Shown here: positions 7,207 to 14,400 of the stretch, piece by piece
How positions within the stretch are numbered: the stretch's first letter is position 1
How the letters are laid out: each line of letters opens with the position of its first letter
DNA from: a virus
Taxonomy: Duplodnaviria; Caudoviricetes
IMG/VR virus record: IMGVR_UViG_3300025825_000292
Location: 1-27,094 of that record
Length of the DNA stretch: 27,094 nucleotides
Strand: one strand, 5' to 3'
The notes under the pieces: generated by a model
Seen by the model: the letters and a program-made list of their open reading frames with translations, nothing else
Database searches by the model: none
Told to the model about the DNA's origin: nothing
Program-made: the position numbers and the translations under genes

Positions 7207-7451
7207 TCCCCTGTTATCGGTGTGGTGGGTTACTCGTAGCCACCGATTATTCAGATCAGGCACAGAACACGCTCGTAATCTGGTTATGGCGATGCGTCAA
7301 TTGTGGGAGTGTGACAGATGCGCAACTGCTTGCGAACCGCGCACAACCGCCAATAAGCACAGAAGGCACGAAAAAGCAACGGAAGCCATTTATTCCAGGA
7401 CAAGCAATAACTAAAAAGCCAAGAAAACCAGGAAGTAAACAACGCACATGA
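7203..7451 (+). CDS. Zn-ribbon protein (CxxC...WRCxNCG family)
   Basis: ATGA overlap with the previous gene; MIPCYRCGGLLV...WLWRCVNCGSVTD...NR. Confidence 0.75.
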   Translation: MIPCYRCGGLLVATDYSDQAQNTLVIWLWRCVNCGSVTDAQLLANRAQPPISTEGTKKQRKPFIPGQAITKKPRKPGSKQRT

Positions 7452-7528
7452 CCCAAAAAAAGCACATAACGGCCTAAGGAAGCGAAGTAACCAAGTCACC
7501 TATACAAACCATAAGGAGAATAGACCCA

Positions 7529-7783
7529 ATGACCACTGGCGACAAATTACGAGACTTTGGGCTCTGGTGTTTGCGCGAGATGTGGATTGATGGCGGAGGG
7601 GACATTGATGGCGGAGCGGCACAAGATCAGGCCCAAGAATTAGGGTTGTTGGTCGAAGTCACCGTGAACCAACCCTGTAATTCTAACTGCTACTGCGCGG
7701 ATATGAACGATGGCGAGTTTCCCTGCCAGTGCCTCCGCTATTCAAACGACGTGCATGATGCCATGCTCAACAAAAAGGTCTAA
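7529..7783 (+). CDS. Cys-rich phage hypothetical protein
   Basis: SD AAGGAG; DIDGGAAQD...GLL...PCxxxCxC...FPCQCLRY. Confidence 0.75.
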   Translation: MTTGDKLRDFGLWCLREMWIDGGGDIDGGAAQDQAQELGLLVEVTVNQPCNSNCYCADMNDGEFPCQCLRYSNDVHDAMLNKKV

Positions 7784-7816
7784 CAAAACAACCAGAATTT
7801 GAAAGGAGTAAACCTC

Positions 7817-8008
7817 ATGACCCCACAACAACCAGAACACCCTCAATATTGCCCACATTGTGGAAATAGCATGGGAGAGGATAATCCCCGTCCAACGATG
7901 CTGGTGTATCAGTGTGAAGTCTGTGGATATGGCGAGGAGAGATATGGAGACTTGCGTATCATCACCACAGAGCCGAGGGATACGAACCTTAGAAAGCGAG
8001 AGAGCTAG
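7817..8008 (+). CDS. Zn-ribbon protein
   Basis: SD AAAGGAG; CPHCG...CEVCG. Confidence 0.7.
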   Translation: MTPQQPEHPQYCPHCGNSMGEDNPRPTMLVYQCEVCGYGEERYGDLRIITTEPRDTNLRKRES

Positions 8009-8062
8009 ATAGCGAGTCACCCAGGTAGGCGCTAAACCCCGCATGAATAGCGGGGTAGCGTC

Positions 8063-8350
8063 TAACTTATTGATAATAAAGGGGTTCTAGATTCTCTAAA
8101 AAACAGTAAACATGTAGATAATACTACAAAATATAGTAAAGGAACGTAAGTCCTTGATATTACTAATAGAAAATTTATTATTTTAATATATATTATTATT
8201 ATGTAACTTACTATATTATCTATTATAGAGTATTATAAAGCGTTATATACTAAAAGCTTAATTAAATCAAGGACTTATAAGAATTATAGTATTATTTACG
8301 AGTTTCCTGTTTTTACCGTGTCCCAGAACCTCAATAAAATCAATAGGTTA
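8063..8350. repeat. AT-rich imperfect inverted repeat with four IHF sites; candidate replication origin
   Basis: 8063-8129 versus the reverse complement of 8284-8350 matches 47/67 ungapped (hand count). WATCAANNNNTTR occurs at 8063-8075(-), 8147-8159(-), 8265-8277(+) and 8338-8350(+). Confidence 0.8.
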
Positions 8351-8440
8351 AGTACATCGAGCGTCGTAGAGCGGGGAATAGCGTTAGCATAGGCATAACT
8401 AATGAATAATAAAGAGGAAATTCCAGTGTGTCAAAAACGC

Positions 8441-8488
8441 CTCCAATATATAGTAGTTGAATTACATACCCACTACTACATTTTGCGA
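8441..8488. promoter_or_regulatory. Tandem NrdR-box-like operators
   Basis: ctcCAATATATAGtag (core 8444-8453) and ctaCTACATTTTGcga (core 8476-8485) versus the consensus acaCwAtATaTwGtgt; 32 bp apart and abutting the -35. Confidence 0.6.
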
Positions 8489-8518
8489 TTGACACGCGTA
8501 CCTCAATTATGCGATAAT
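8489..8518 (+). promoter_or_regulatory. Sigma70 promoter of the replication arm
   Basis: TTGACA (8489-8494), 18 nt spacer ending TGC, GATAAT (8513-8518). Confidence 0.75.
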
Positions 8519-8562
8519 TTAGATATCATGAAAGCGCTTTTCTAATGAAGGAGAAGACACTG

Positions 8563-8877
8563 ATGACACCGCGACGACGAGGGAAACACCTTCCAGATCA
8601 ACTCCACTTGAATAAAATGCCCCCAGAATTGGTTCAAGCCATTCGAGCCCGCGCGTATCATGAAGATACCACCTTAACTGATGTCGTGATTCGCGCATTA
8701 TCGATCGGTATGCAGGTGCCGGATAAACCAGCCGCGCCACCCACAGCTTTACCCGGCTATCCCGTCGAGGCGATGGCTCCGCCTCCACGTTTATTAGTGC
8801 CACCACCGATGCCGGCAACCCCTCCTCCGCGTCCTTTTATCCCGGATGAAGTGGTTGAATGGGAAGATTCTTGGTAG
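8563..8877 (+). CDS. Ribbon-helix-helix (Arc/CopG-like) regulator with Pro-rich tail
   Basis: SD AAGGAG with ATG at 8563; QLHLNKMPPELVQAIRARAYHEDTTLTDVVIRAL fits the RHH pattern. Confidence 0.75.
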   Translation: MTPRRRGKHLPDQLHLNKMPPELVQAIRARAYHEDTTLTDVVIRALSIGMQVPDKPAAPPTALPGYPVEAMAPPPRLLVPPPMPATPPPRPFIPDEVVEWEDSW

Positions 8878-8888
8878 CCTCACACACC

Positions 8889-8956
8889 ATAGCTAAGAAG
8901 CTAAAAGATAGCTAAGAAGCTAAAAGATTAAGAGACCAAGAGATTAAGAGACCAAG
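8889..8956 (+). repeat. Adjacent tandem repeats (19 bp x2, 16 bp x2)
   Basis: ATAGCTAAGAAGCTAAAAG twice, then AGATTAAGAGACCAAG twice. Confidence 0.9.
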
Positions 8957-9007
8957 CTATACCAACCAAATAACCAAGAAACTTAGTCACGAAATAACCA
9001 GGACACC

Positions 9008-10099
9008 ATGCCACACCAGCCACACCAACCCACGCTTCCTCTCCATTACATCGATAACACCATTCTCAGTGGATGGAAAAAATGCCGGTTAGCGGGGTGG
9101 CTCCGCTACGGATTAGGCTATACCCGAGACGGCAGCGAGATCGGCCCTAAACGCGGCAATCTAAAAATGTTGTTAGGCAGCGCCGCGCATGAAGCCGTGG
9201 CCGAATGGTTTGTCTCCCAAAATATCGTCAAAGCCATGGGGCGTTTTCAGGCCCTGTATCGTCCCGCGGTCACCATCCCCCCAGAAGATGACCGATACAC
9301 CTGGGACAATGCCCGTGATGTGATGGCCGCCTGGCTCTATGCTCAACAAGCCGCGCCCATGCGCTTCACCCCCTATCACGCTTGGATCGAAAACGCGATA
9401 GAAACGCGATTGACCAACGACGCCGAGGAAGCGCTCGTTGGCTATCGAATCATCTTTGTCTCGCGACCTGACGCGGTGGGCCACCTTCCCAATTTACAAG
9501 GGTCGTATACCTTAGAAACTAAAACAACCGGACAATATTTAAATGAGGATTGGGCGACTCAATGGCAGAAATCGAGTCAGTTAACGAGCCAAATCTGGGC
9601 GGTGGGGCAAGTCACCGGGGAACGCCCCGCGGGCGCCTACGTCAACGCAATTGGTGTCGTCAAACTTCCAAGCGGGGCGACTAAATGTAATCGGGGGAGA
9701 TCCCCCCATCACGTTCCTTATAATGAGTGTCGACTCGCGCACGCGTCACAAGTCGTGTATGGCCCATTCCTCCGCAGCGATGAGGCCTTAGAAAAATGGC
9801 GGAAGGATGCCGTCGCCTGCGCTGAAGAATACATCTGGTATCAAACGACATTGACCACACTCGACCACCTTCCAACCATCCCAGAAGATGGCGCGTTTGA
9901 TGCAGGCGGCGCGTGTCGCTTTTGTGAATGGCAAGCCTGGTGCGCAGGCGGAAAAGATCCGGCCCTTATCCATAGTGGCGGACACGACCCCTGGGACCCT
10001 CGTCTTGGCGCGAAGGGGTTACATAGCGTCCAAGCGCGTGAGGTGGCTGGCGCGAACATACCTTTTGCGCAATGGCTGGATCGGGCGAATCACCAGTAG
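9008..10099 (+). CDS. Cas4/RecB-like PD-(D/E)XK exonuclease
   Basis: N-terminal Cys (KKCRL), GSAAHEAV, RPDAV, ETKTT, QL motif and C-terminal CRFCEWQAWC (1+3 Cys Fe-S pattern). Confidence 0.88.
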   Translation: MPHQPHQPTLPLHYIDNTILSGWKKCRLAGWLRYGLGYTRDGSEIGPKRGNLKMLLGSAAHEAVAEWFVSQNIVKAMGRFQALYRPAVTIPPEDDRYTWDNARDVMAAWLYAQQAAPMRFTPYHAWIENAIETRLTNDAEEALVGYRIIFVSRPDAVGHLPNLQGSYTLETKTTGQYLNEDWATQWQKSSQLTSQIWAVGQVTGERPAGAYVNAIGVVKLPSGATKCNRGRSPHHVPYNECRLAHASQVVYGPFLRSDEALEKWRKDAVACAEEYIWYQTTLTTLDHLPTIPEDGAFDAGGACRFCEWQAWCAGGKDPALIHSGGHDPWDPRLGAKGLHSVQAREVAGANIPFAQWLDRANHQ

Positions 10100-10123
10100 C
10101 AAGAAGCGGGAATGCGTGCCATG

Positions 10124-10186
10124 GGGGGTAGGCTGGCGCTGGGGTTAGACGTGACCTCAAGGAGGGTTCGATTCCCTCCACCCCCG
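10124..10186 (+). ncRNA. tRNA-like element lacking a canonical D arm and anticodon loop
   Basis: GGGGGT/ACCCCC acceptor-like stem; GGAGGG-TTCGATT-CCCTCC T arm; TGGGGTTA-GACG-TGACCTCA stem-loop; intergenic; no encoded CCA. Confidence 0.55.
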
Positions 10187-10226
10187 ATCAGCTAAGAAGC
10201 TGAATAATCAAGAAAGGAAGATCACC

Positions 10227-10484
10227 ATGAATGACGGAGCCAGAAAGCTAAGGAGTGGAGCAAGCGCCCGGAAGCCAAGAAGCCCAGGAACCCAACCTCG
10301 TCCCCCGTATATTATCAGCGTCCATACCATCCATGGCTATACCGTCGCCGTGTTGAGCGATGGACGAATAGGGACGATCTACCTCAACTCCACGGTCAGA
10401 CCGTTTGAAGTCACGTTTACCGCATGCGCGACACGTGGAATCGATGGCGTCAGTAGTGGATTAAGCGCTCAAGGAGCTAGCTAA
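10227..10484 (+). CDS. Hypothetical protein
   Basis: SD AAAGGA, 85 aa. Confidence 0.6.
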   Translation: MNDGARKLRSGASARKPRSPGTQPRPPYIISVHTIHGYTVAVLSDGRIGTIYLNSTVRPFEVTFTACATRGIDGVSSGLSAQGAS

Positions 10485-10521
10485 GAAGCTGGCTCAAAAT
10501 CCAGGAAAGGAGGTGGCCCAC

Positions 10522-10848
10522 ATGACCCCGTTACCCGAGATTCCTCTTTATACGCCGCATAAAGCCCGGATTATTATGCGTGTGGTCAGTCTCTGGGATT
10601 GTGGAGACCCCGACCATGGACATACACGCGAAGCGACGGCGCTCCGATGCATACAACGGCAAGCGAATAAAGCCAAGCGTCAAGAACATGCGAAAGTGAT
10701 CGCGCTCATGTGGGAAATGCGGCAAGCAAAGAACTCCTTAGCAGTCATCGGCGACCGCTTTGGGTATTCGGGACGCTATGTCAGCGCGACTCTCCGCTAT
10801 CACCGGGATCAATTAACAGGAGGGGTGAAGAAAAGAAAACAGTATTAG
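10522..10848 (+). CDS. Putative HTH DNA-binding protein
   Basis: SD AAGGAGG; C-terminal MWEMRQAKNSLAVIGDRFGYSGRYVSATL is an HTH pattern; N-terminal CxxxxHxH...C. Confidence 0.65.
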   Translation: MTPLPEIPLYTPHKARIIMRVVSLWDCGDPDHGHTREATALRCIQRQANKAKRQEHAKVIALMWEMRQAKNSLAVIGDRFGYSGRYVSATLRYHRDQLTGGVKKRKQY

Positions 10849-10887
10849 CGAGCGTATGTAACCAGGATACGGGGAGAGGAGGCCCTC

Positions 10888-11148
10888 ATGGATAGCTGGC
10901 TCGTGCTTATCTGGATTTGTAGTCAAGCAGCGACAAGTATCGGGATGTGCGAACCCCTTTTCTCACAGGAGGTGGTTTCTCACGATAGGTGTATCAGTGT
11001 CATACAAGAGGAAGTCGTCGCCTTCTATCAATCTCCGCGCCGCTACCAAGCATTACCCGGTCCTTGGATTCTCCACGGCAAATGTGTCGTCGAAGAAGTC
11101 TACGAAATCATCACCGAAGACGCTATCCAGAAAGGCGCGTTGAAATGA
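10888..11148 (+). CDS. Hypothetical protein with hydrophobic N-terminus and four Cys
   Basis: SD GAGGAGG, 86 aa. Confidence 0.65.
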   Translation: MDSWLVLIWICSQAATSIGMCEPLFSQEVVSHDRCISVIQEEVVAFYQSPRRYQALPGPWILHGKCVVEEVYEIITEDAIQKGALK

Positions 11149-11324
11149 AGCCACCAAAGGACAGCGTACGCTACTATAACGAAATGGGTGTCTTGAGCGT
11201 TCTGAGATTTACCTTAGTCCCGCGTCAAGAAACCCTGAAAACCGATCCAGACGTATTAGCCTGGATTGAGACGGTGCGTCACGCGATTGTCCACGAGCTG
11301 AATCATGGCGAGAAACACACATGA
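11145..11324 (+). CDS. Hypothetical protein
   Basis: ATGA-coupled to both neighbours; MKPPKDSVRY... Confidence 0.6.
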   Translation: MKPPKDSVRYYNEMGVLSVLRFTLVPRQETLKTDPDVLAWIETVRHAIVHELNHGEKHT

Positions 11325-11671
11325 AGCCAAGTAACTCAGGTAAGTCAGGCTCAGAAGCCAGGAAGATCAAAAACCTAGGTAAGCCAAAGAAGCCCGCGAC
11401 TCAAGCCACCTCTTTTCTAGGCTACCGAACGCTCAACCTAGACTCGAACACCGTGCCTGAGCTTATTATGCAAGAATCACAACTTCGTCCATTCGTCGCC
11501 CTGGCTCAAGCGCTTTTACAGAAAGTCTATAGCCTAGATGCGCATACGCTAATGCTAACCTGTGAGATGCTCCTGCCGTCTAGCGGAAATGCCTTAATCA
11601 TCATTACTGGTGATGTGGACATGCACAATAAACTACTTGACGTGTTAACCTCGCATAATAACCTCGCATAA
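11321..11671 (+). CDS. Hypothetical protein
   Basis: ATGA overlap with the previous gene, 116 aa. Confidence 0.6.
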   Translation: MKPSNSGKSGSEARKIKNLGKPKKPATQATSFLGYRTLNLDSNTVPELIMQESQLRPFVALAQALLQKVYSLDAHTLMLTCEMLLPSSGNALIIITGDVDMHNKLLDVLTSHNNLA

Positions 11672-11689
11672 CCAAGGAGACCGTTAATC

Positions 11690-11902
11690 ATGTGGTTAAT
11701 GTACACCGATACCCATCAAAATCAAGTGGCGATCAATTTAGCGGCTATCGAAAAAATTACGAGGTATACAGAGCCAGATTCCGTCTTGCTCTTGTGCCAA
11801 AATGGGACGTTTTATGACCTGACCGAGCCGTTAGCGTTACAGGCCATCGATCAGATACTCTACGACCTCCACGCGACCCAAGCGCATCACACCACTGAGT
11901 AA
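11690..11902 (+). CDS. Hypothetical protein (probable paralog of 11917..12093)
   Basis: SD AAGGAG; MWLMYTD...IDQILYDLHAT. Confidence 0.7.
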   Translation: MWLMYTDTHQNQVAINLAAIEKITRYTEPDSVLLLCQNGTFYDLTEPLALQAIDQILYDLHATQAHHTTE

Positions 11903-11916
11903 AGGACCCGATAAGC

Positions 11917-12093
11917 ATGTGGATTATTTATACCGACGACCAACAGTATCACATCGACCCCATTATTGAGCATCCTGAACAGCTACCATTCTTTGATAGG
12001 GATCGGGCGTTTCGTAATAGACAAGAGCCAGGGGCGGCACAAGTCATTGATTATTTACTCCACGCAACCTACGAAAGGGTGAGGCCCTTATGA
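11917..12093 (+). CDS. 58 aa hypothetical protein (probable paralog of 11690..11902)
   Basis: Absent from the ORF track. MWIIYTDDQQ...VIDYLLHATYERVRPL*; ATGA-coupled to 12090. Confidence 0.65.
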   Translation: MWIIYTDDQQYHIDPIIEHPEQLPFFDRDRAFRNRQEPGAAQVIDYLLHATYERVRPL

Positions 12094-12908
12094 CCAACCA
12101 GCTGACCTATGACCAATGGCACGTCACGCCAACCCTTCCGCCAATCCCCCTGACAGACGTGTGGAGTCCCCGTGGAACCCATCTCGCGCGTATTGAGCAT
12201 TACGTCAATATCAGCCCTGATCGATGGGAAGCGCTCGTCCAATATCAAAATCGCTCGCAAACGTTATTATCGGACCTCTCATATTATGCGACAGTGGTCG
12301 TCGACAGCTTGAGTACGTTACAAGACGCTGCCGTCCAATATCATCGTATTTTTACGCCCTATACGGCGCTCGGCAATATCGATCCGCGAAAATGGTACGC
12401 GAATGCCAAGGAATCCGTGCAACAAGAACTCATTGCGCGGTTAGCCTGGATTCGTCATCAAAACCTTGTCGTGATTGCCCACGACAGCGAAAAAGTCATG
12501 GAGTTTGGGGATGAGGTGGTTCGGTCGGTCGACGCGATTGGTAAGCTCGCGCGTTCCATCGGCCGCATCTTCGGGGAAGTCTACCATACGGCCGTGCAAG
12601 ATGAGCTTGACGCGAAAGGGCGACCGACTGGACACTCGCGCTACTTCCTCCAAACACGGACCGATAGCAAATGGGGGGCGATCACTTTGATCAATGCGCC
12701 GAATTTCTGCGAAGCGTCCTGGGATAGACTTTGGGATGGCGGGCACGCGGTTAAAACCATCCGCGCCATTGTCTATGGCGGGTTCGGAACGGGAAAAAGC
12801 AAATTTGCAAGCACTTTCCCCACCCCCATGCTCGTATTAGGCTTTGACCCGTTTGATAAACTCGTCCATTACGAGAATATTGAAGAGCGTGGCGCAGACG
12901 CTACATAA
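12090..12908 (+). CDS. Sak4/AAA_24-like P-loop ATPase, circularly permuted
   Basis: Walker B TVVVDSLS near residue 72, then VVIAH, FGEVYH and YFLQT; Walker A AIVYGGFGTGKSKFASTFPTP at residue ~230. Confidence 0.8.
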   Translation: MTNQLTYDQWHVTPTLPPIPLTDVWSPRGTHLARIEHYVNISPDRWEALVQYQNRSQTLLSDLSYYATVVVDSLSTLQDAAVQYHRIFTPYTALGNIDPRKWYANAKESVQQELIARLAWIRHQNLVVIAHDSEKVMEFGDEVVRSVDAIGKLARSIGRIFGEVYHTAVQDELDAKGRPTGHSRYFLQTRTDSKWGAITLINAPNFCEASWDRLWDGGHAVKTIRAIVYGGFGTGKSKFASTFPTPMLVLGFDPFDKLVHYENIEERGADAT

Positions 12909-12918
12909 GGAGGTAATG

Positions 12919-13176
12919 ATGACTGATGTATCACAAGAGGAGCATATGATCTTGTGGCAGGCTGTGAGAATCGTGTCAGCCCACCGACGAGAGAACGAAT
13001 CCACCATCGAACGACATTTTTACCGGCAATTGTTGACTCGTCTGATGGTGCTGCTTGGCGCTATTTCAGACCTGGCGATACTGCGAGAACCTCAACCCGG
13101 TGATGATCAACTGCTTTTCCGTAGCCTCGATTTCATCGCGGAGTCATGGACCCCACATGAAGGAGGTGGATTATGA
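12919..13176 (+). CDS. Hypothetical protein
   Basis: SD AGGAGG; start re-called. Confidence 0.65.
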   Translation: MTDVSQEEHMILWQAVRIVSAHRRENESTIERHFYRQLLTRLMVLLGAISDLAILREPQPGDDQLLFRSLDFIAESWTPHEGGGL

Positions 13177-13319
13177 CGCCCGCGCAAGCTCGTCTGCTCG
13201 CTGATGAATTCGGGATTGCTTTTATTCTCGATGACCCAGAGGAGGTCGAATGGTTCCAGGAACACAAACCTGATTTATTGGACGCGTACCGCGCCCTCGC
13301 CAAGGAGGTTACCACATGA
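13173..13319 (+). CDS. 48 aa hypothetical protein (tandem duplicate 1)
   Basis: Absent from the ORF track. SD AGGAGG; MTPAQARLLADEFGIAFILDDPEEVEWFQEHKPDLLDAYRALAKEVTT*. Confidence 0.75.
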   Translation: MTPAQARLLADEFGIAFILDDPEEVEWFQEHKPDLLDAYRALAKEVTT

Positions 13320-13516
13320 CGCCCGCGCAGGCTCGCTCGTTAGTCGATGCGTTTGAGATTGAGGGCACGCTCGATGACCCAGAGGAGGTCGAATGGTTCC
13401 AGCGACACCATGCTGATTTATTGGACGCCTATCACGCCCTCGTCGCTCTGGGGAAAGAGGACCACCCCACTATCAAGGGTCCTCATATTCGTGGAGCAGA
13501 TGGGCCTCTCACCTAA
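13316..13516 (+). CDS. 66 aa hypothetical protein (tandem duplicate 2)
   Basis: SD AAGGAGG; MTPAQARSLVDAF...LDDPEEVEWFQ...DLLDAYHAL. Confidence 0.75.
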   Translation: MTPAQARSLVDAFEIEGTLDDPEEVEWFQRHHADLLDAYHALVALGKEDHPTIKGPHIRGADGPLT

Positions 13517-13562
13517 TCACTTCACATTATCACCATATTACTTTTCACAAAGGAGTCATCCT

Positions 13563-14369
13563 ATGATTGACGTGCCGCTTGAACAGTTAACTGTTGAAAT
13601 TCCGGAGGATGTCCGGGAACCCTTCGAAAAACCGCCTCAAGGGATACTCGAATGGGAAGTGAAAGCCTTACGGGCGCGTATGACGGAGCCTCAAGATACG
13701 AACCAAGTATCGAGACTCGTTTTAGAGGCCGAGTTAGTCTGTCTCGCGCCGGATCAAGCCGCGGGGATTGATTTCAAGGAGTCGTTTTGGATTGGCACCG
13801 ATACTGACCCACAAGCGCAATTACCCGAAACCTGGCGAACGGAAGCCGGGAAACTCGTGAAATTTTGCGATATGTCCGGGTTTAATGCTCGCGGCGCGAC
13901 CCCCGCGCAACTGGCGGGATGGCTCGTTGGCCGGAAAATCCTCTCAGATTGCCAACATTTTGCGGTCAATGCGCTGTTACCAAACGGCCAACCCAACCCA
14001 AGAGCCTTTACGCAAATGGGCGAGTTAAAGTCTCGCGCCCGGATGCGATGGATGGAGGTGGGGAGCGCAACCCCCATCATCTACGAGGATCAAGACGCGA
14101 AAGCGGGGAAGGGCGGGTCAGGAGGGGTAGGGGGAGTCCCAGGGGTCCCACAAGCTCCCCCACCCATGATGAGCTACCCCAATACCCCGCTTCTCCCGCA
14201 AGGCGGGGGAGTCCCACCAACCTTACCAACCCCACAAGCTCCACAAGCGCCGGGGGTCCCACACATGCCGACCCCACAAGCCCCGGTCGCTCATATGCCC
14301 GTGAGCGCGCCGATGGGGTTTCCAGGTCAGGTGCCGCCAGCAGCCCCACCTGCCCCACGGAGGAGATAA
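13563..14369 (+). CDS. Putative phage ssDNA-binding protein (DUF669-like OB fold) with Pro-rich tail
   Basis: Start re-called at ATG 13563 after AAGGAG. FEKPPQGILEWEV...LVLEAELV...GIDFKESFWI pattern; lies beside Sak4-like and Cas4-like genes. Confidence 0.6.
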   Translation: MIDVPLEQLTVEIPEDVREPFEKPPQGILEWEVKALRARMTEPQDTNQVSRLVLEAELVCLAPDQAAGIDFKESFWIGTDTDPQAQLPETWRTEAGKLVKFCDMSGFNARGATPAQLAGWLVGRKILSDCQHFAVNALLPNGQPNPRAFTQMGELKSRARMRWMEVGSATPIIYEDQDAKAGKGGSGGVGGVPGVPQAPPPMMSYPNTPLLPQGGGVPPTLPTPQAPQAPGVPHMPTPQAPVAHMPVSAPMGFPGQVPPAAPPAPRRR

Positions 14370-14400
14370 AAGGAGCCATCGTACGAGTCACTAATAACCG

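Noticed and set aside
8389-8406. Second sigma54 promoter (AGGCATAACTAATGA)
   Set aside because: The -12 element reads ATGA rather than TTGC, losing the conserved GC.
8889-8956. Tandem repeats next to a Cas4-like gene as a CRISPR array
   Set aside because: The repeats are directly adjacent with no unique spacers, only two copies each, and there is no cas1 or cas2.
10124-10190. Canonical tRNA gene
   Set aside because: No D stem together with a 7 nt anticodon loop can be formed, it is too short and has no CCA; kept only as a tRNA-like element.
13347-13562. N-terminal extension of the SSB ORF, and similar extensions at 4481, 5183, 5561, 10989, 12844, 18657 and 2867
   Set aside because: These overlap better-supported genes or promoters, and strong SD sites mark the downstream starts used here.
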